Positions 30,976-32,255 of a stretch of DNA of 32,255 nt are shown here, in pieces. Position numbers and translations under genes: made by a program. The notes under the pieces are model-generated. The model had not been told where the DNA came from, ran no database searches, and was given only the letters and a program-made list of their open reading frames with translations. Each line of letters begins with the position of its first letter. Position 1 is the first letter of the stretch. This stretch comes from a virus: the IMG/VR virus record IMGVR_UViG_3300045988_162788, positions 1 to 32,255 of that record; one strand, 5' to 3'.

Positions 30976-32039
30976 GGGACCCGTTGCCTATTGGGTCGCA
31001 TGGTGTGATTACTGTGCGTCGGCTGAGGGCGAAGACGTGGCGTGCGCGCACGTATTTTCGTGATGAGCGTGGGGTGCGTCGTGATGTGACGGCGCAGGCG
31101 GCGACTCGTGCGGCGGCTGAGACGAAGCTGAAGCTTAAGTTGGGGAGCTTGCCGGCGGCTGGTCAGTCGGTGAACGCGAGCATGACGATTCGTGAGGCGG
31201 CTGAGCGTTGGCTGGGTGGTTTGGATAGTTCGTTGTCGAAGAATACGGTCCGGAACTATCGGTTGTTGGCGGGTGCGGTGAGTCGTGATTTGGGGTCTCT
31301 GCAGTTGCGTGAAGCGACGGCTGGTGGGTTGGATTCGTATTTGGGGTCTGTTTCTGCCCCGTCTGCGCGTCATAATCGGCGTCTGGTGCTTCGCATGATT
31401 TTTGATGAGGCGGTGCGTCTGGGCGCGGTGCCGTATAACCCTGTGCTGTCGACGAGGTCGGTGAAGGGGTCGAAGAAGACGGTGCAGGCTTTGAGTCTGG
31501 AGCAGGTTCAGCAGCTCCGGTCGCTGGTCTCTGGTGATTTGGCTGATTTGGTGGATGTTCTGCTGGGTACGGGGTGCCGCTGGGGTGAGGGTGCAGGCCT
31601 GCGCTGGGAGGACGTTGATCTGGACGCTGGCACGGTGACCGTGAACGGCACCCTGATTCATGGTGCCGGATGGCAGGCGGATACGAAGACTCATCAGTCA
31701 AGAACCCTGCAGGTGCCGGCGTTCGTGGTGAAGGTGCTGCAGAAGCGGCGAGCGCAGGCGGCGACTGATGCGGTGTTTGTGTTTGAGTTCAGGGGCGCGC
31801 CGCTGAAGTATAACTCGAGTCGTGCTCAGTTGAAGAAAGCTTTGGCTGGGTCTGGGTTGGAGTGGGTGACGTGGCATGTGCTCCGTAAGACGACGGCGAC
31901 GCATCTGGATCAGGTGTTGGGTTTGTCGGAGGCGTCGGTGCAGTTGGGGCATGCGTCGGAGGCTATGACGCGGGCGGCGTATGTGGCGCGGTCGAGTTCT
32001 GCGGCGTTTGCTGAGGCGTTGGAGGGGTTGGTGGCGTGA
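30969..32039 (+). CDS. int: Tyrosine integrase
   Basis: 356 aa from the ATG at 30969, with SD AGGAAAGGAG and an ATGGTGA overlap with immA. Catalytic-type motifs are TGCRWGE, WHVLRKTTATHL and LGHASEAMTRAAYV. Confidence 0.9.
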   Translation: MVRDPLPIGSHGVITVRRLRAKTWRARTYFRDERGVRRDVTAQAATRAAAETKLKLKLGSLPAAGQSVNASMTIREAAERWLGGLDSSLSKNTVRNYRLLAGAVSRDLGSLQLREATAGGLDSYLGSVSAPSARHNRRLVLRMIFDEAVRLGAVPYNPVLSTRSVKGSKKTVQALSLEQVQQLRSLVSGDLADLVDVLLGTGCRWGEGAGLRWEDVDLDAGTVTVNGTLIHGAGWQADTKTHQSRTLQVPAFVVKVLQKRRAQAATDAVFVFEFRGAPLKYNSSRAQLKKALAGSGLEWVTWHVLRKTTATHLDQVLGLSEASVQLGHASEAMTRAAYVARSSSAAFAEALEGLVA

Positions 32040-32054
32040 GGTCACTATTTACTC
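32039..32054 (+). repeat. 16-bp direct repeat aggtcactatttactc (candidate integrase arm-type site)
   Basis: Exact copy of 71..86. It overlaps the int stop codon. Confidence 0.55.
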
Positions 32055-32117
32055 CCTATTTTGTGTACCCGTTTTCTCCGATATGGGCGGCGCTTCTTAC
32101 TGGTATATGCGGTGGTT

Positions 32118-32133
32118 GATTTTCGCTTGACTT
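32118..32133. repeat. Inverted copy of the 16-bp operator-like element (gattttcgcttgactt)
   Basis: This is the exact reverse complement of 30021..30036. It lies in the non-coding region between int and the putative attP. Confidence 0.5.
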
Positions 32134-32200
32134 CGTGTTTTTCCGTGATTTAGCCGGTTAGATACCTGTTTATGCCAGTCTCATTTTTGGGCGCTGGATT

Positions 32201-32255
32201 ATAAAGAGATGTTCACTATTGTGCTTTCTTCCCCTGTAATTTCAAGGGTTAGGTG
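32201..32255. repeat. Terminal direct repeat, copy 2 (identical to 1..55)
   Basis: Exact 55-bp identity with 1..55. This is consistent with an assembly overlap of a circular molecule. Confidence 0.95.

Larger units (their letters stand above)
1..32255. mobile_element. Complete temperate siphovirus-like phage genome (circularly closed contig, 32,200 bp unique)
   Basis: The window holds a full late module (terS to holin), an early/replication module, and a cro / cI / immA / int lysogeny module with an adjacent AT-rich attP-like region. Identical 55-bp ends and the absence of host flanks support closure. The SSB DQPPF tail and high GC point to an actinobacterial host. Confidence 0.85.

Noticed and set aside
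30771-31694. A 307-aa ORF antisense to the integrase. Related ORFs are 31135..31701 and 31698..32045.
   Set aside because: The integrase frame has clear catalytic motifs. The antisense ORFs are Arg/Pro/Thr/His-rich artefacts of the G/T-rich coding strand.
1-32255. A search for tRNA genes, a reverse transcriptase/DGR, CRISPR-Cas, toxin-antitoxin pairs, introns or inteins.
   Set aside because: By eye I could recognise no T-arm-like GGTTCGAATCC-type motifs, no RT or Cas motifs, and no interrupted terL or portal gene. Absence is not proven without tRNAscan or profile searches.

Overview
The window is a complete, circularly closed genome of a temperate siphovirus-type phage. Its two 55-bp ends are identical, leaving 32,200 bp of unique sequence. 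The host is probably a high-GC Gram-positive (actinobacterial) organism, judging from the SSB DQPPF tail, the leaderless-style starts and the gene content. Almost everything is read on the minus strand.

Gene order, following the minus strand:
- Immunity switch at 29.97-30.09 kb, with a cro-like gene on the minus strand.
- An early operon down to 21.5 kb: xis-like HTH, small unknowns, four membrane proteins, a triple zinc-ribbon protein, a wHTH protein, a replication initiator with an internal iteron origin, SSB, RusA, a Bro-N protein and a 200-aa Cys4 protein.
- A promoter / palindrome / terminator gate at 21.44-21.54 kb.
- A gap-free late operon of about 20.7 kb: three tiny genes, HNH, putative cos, terS, terL, portal, MuF-like, scaffold, MCP, four connector genes, MTP, G/GT chaperones with a G GGA AAA slip site, TMP, Dit, Tal, fibres, a terminator cluster, amidase endolysin and holin.
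- A stand-alone HTH moron with its own terminator.

The plus strand carries cI-like, immA-like and int genes next to an AT-rich attP region. It also carries one nested gene (27691..28212) inside the early operon.

Most interesting observations:
1. The geometry in front of the late genes resembles lambda PR'-qut-tR', suggesting an antitermination switch. Internal terminators before the lysis genes fit this idea.
2. Wobble-base usage is sharply bimodal (C/A-ending versus G/T-ending codons). It switches at the putative cos site and again inside immA.
3. A lambda-ori-like iteron array sits inside the initiator gene.
4. A promoter-bearing, membrane-anchored plus-strand gene lies antisense in the early operon.
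5. A 16-bp operator-like sequence is duplicated 2.1 kb away, beyond int.

All functional calls rest on motifs I recognise by eye. No database search was possible.
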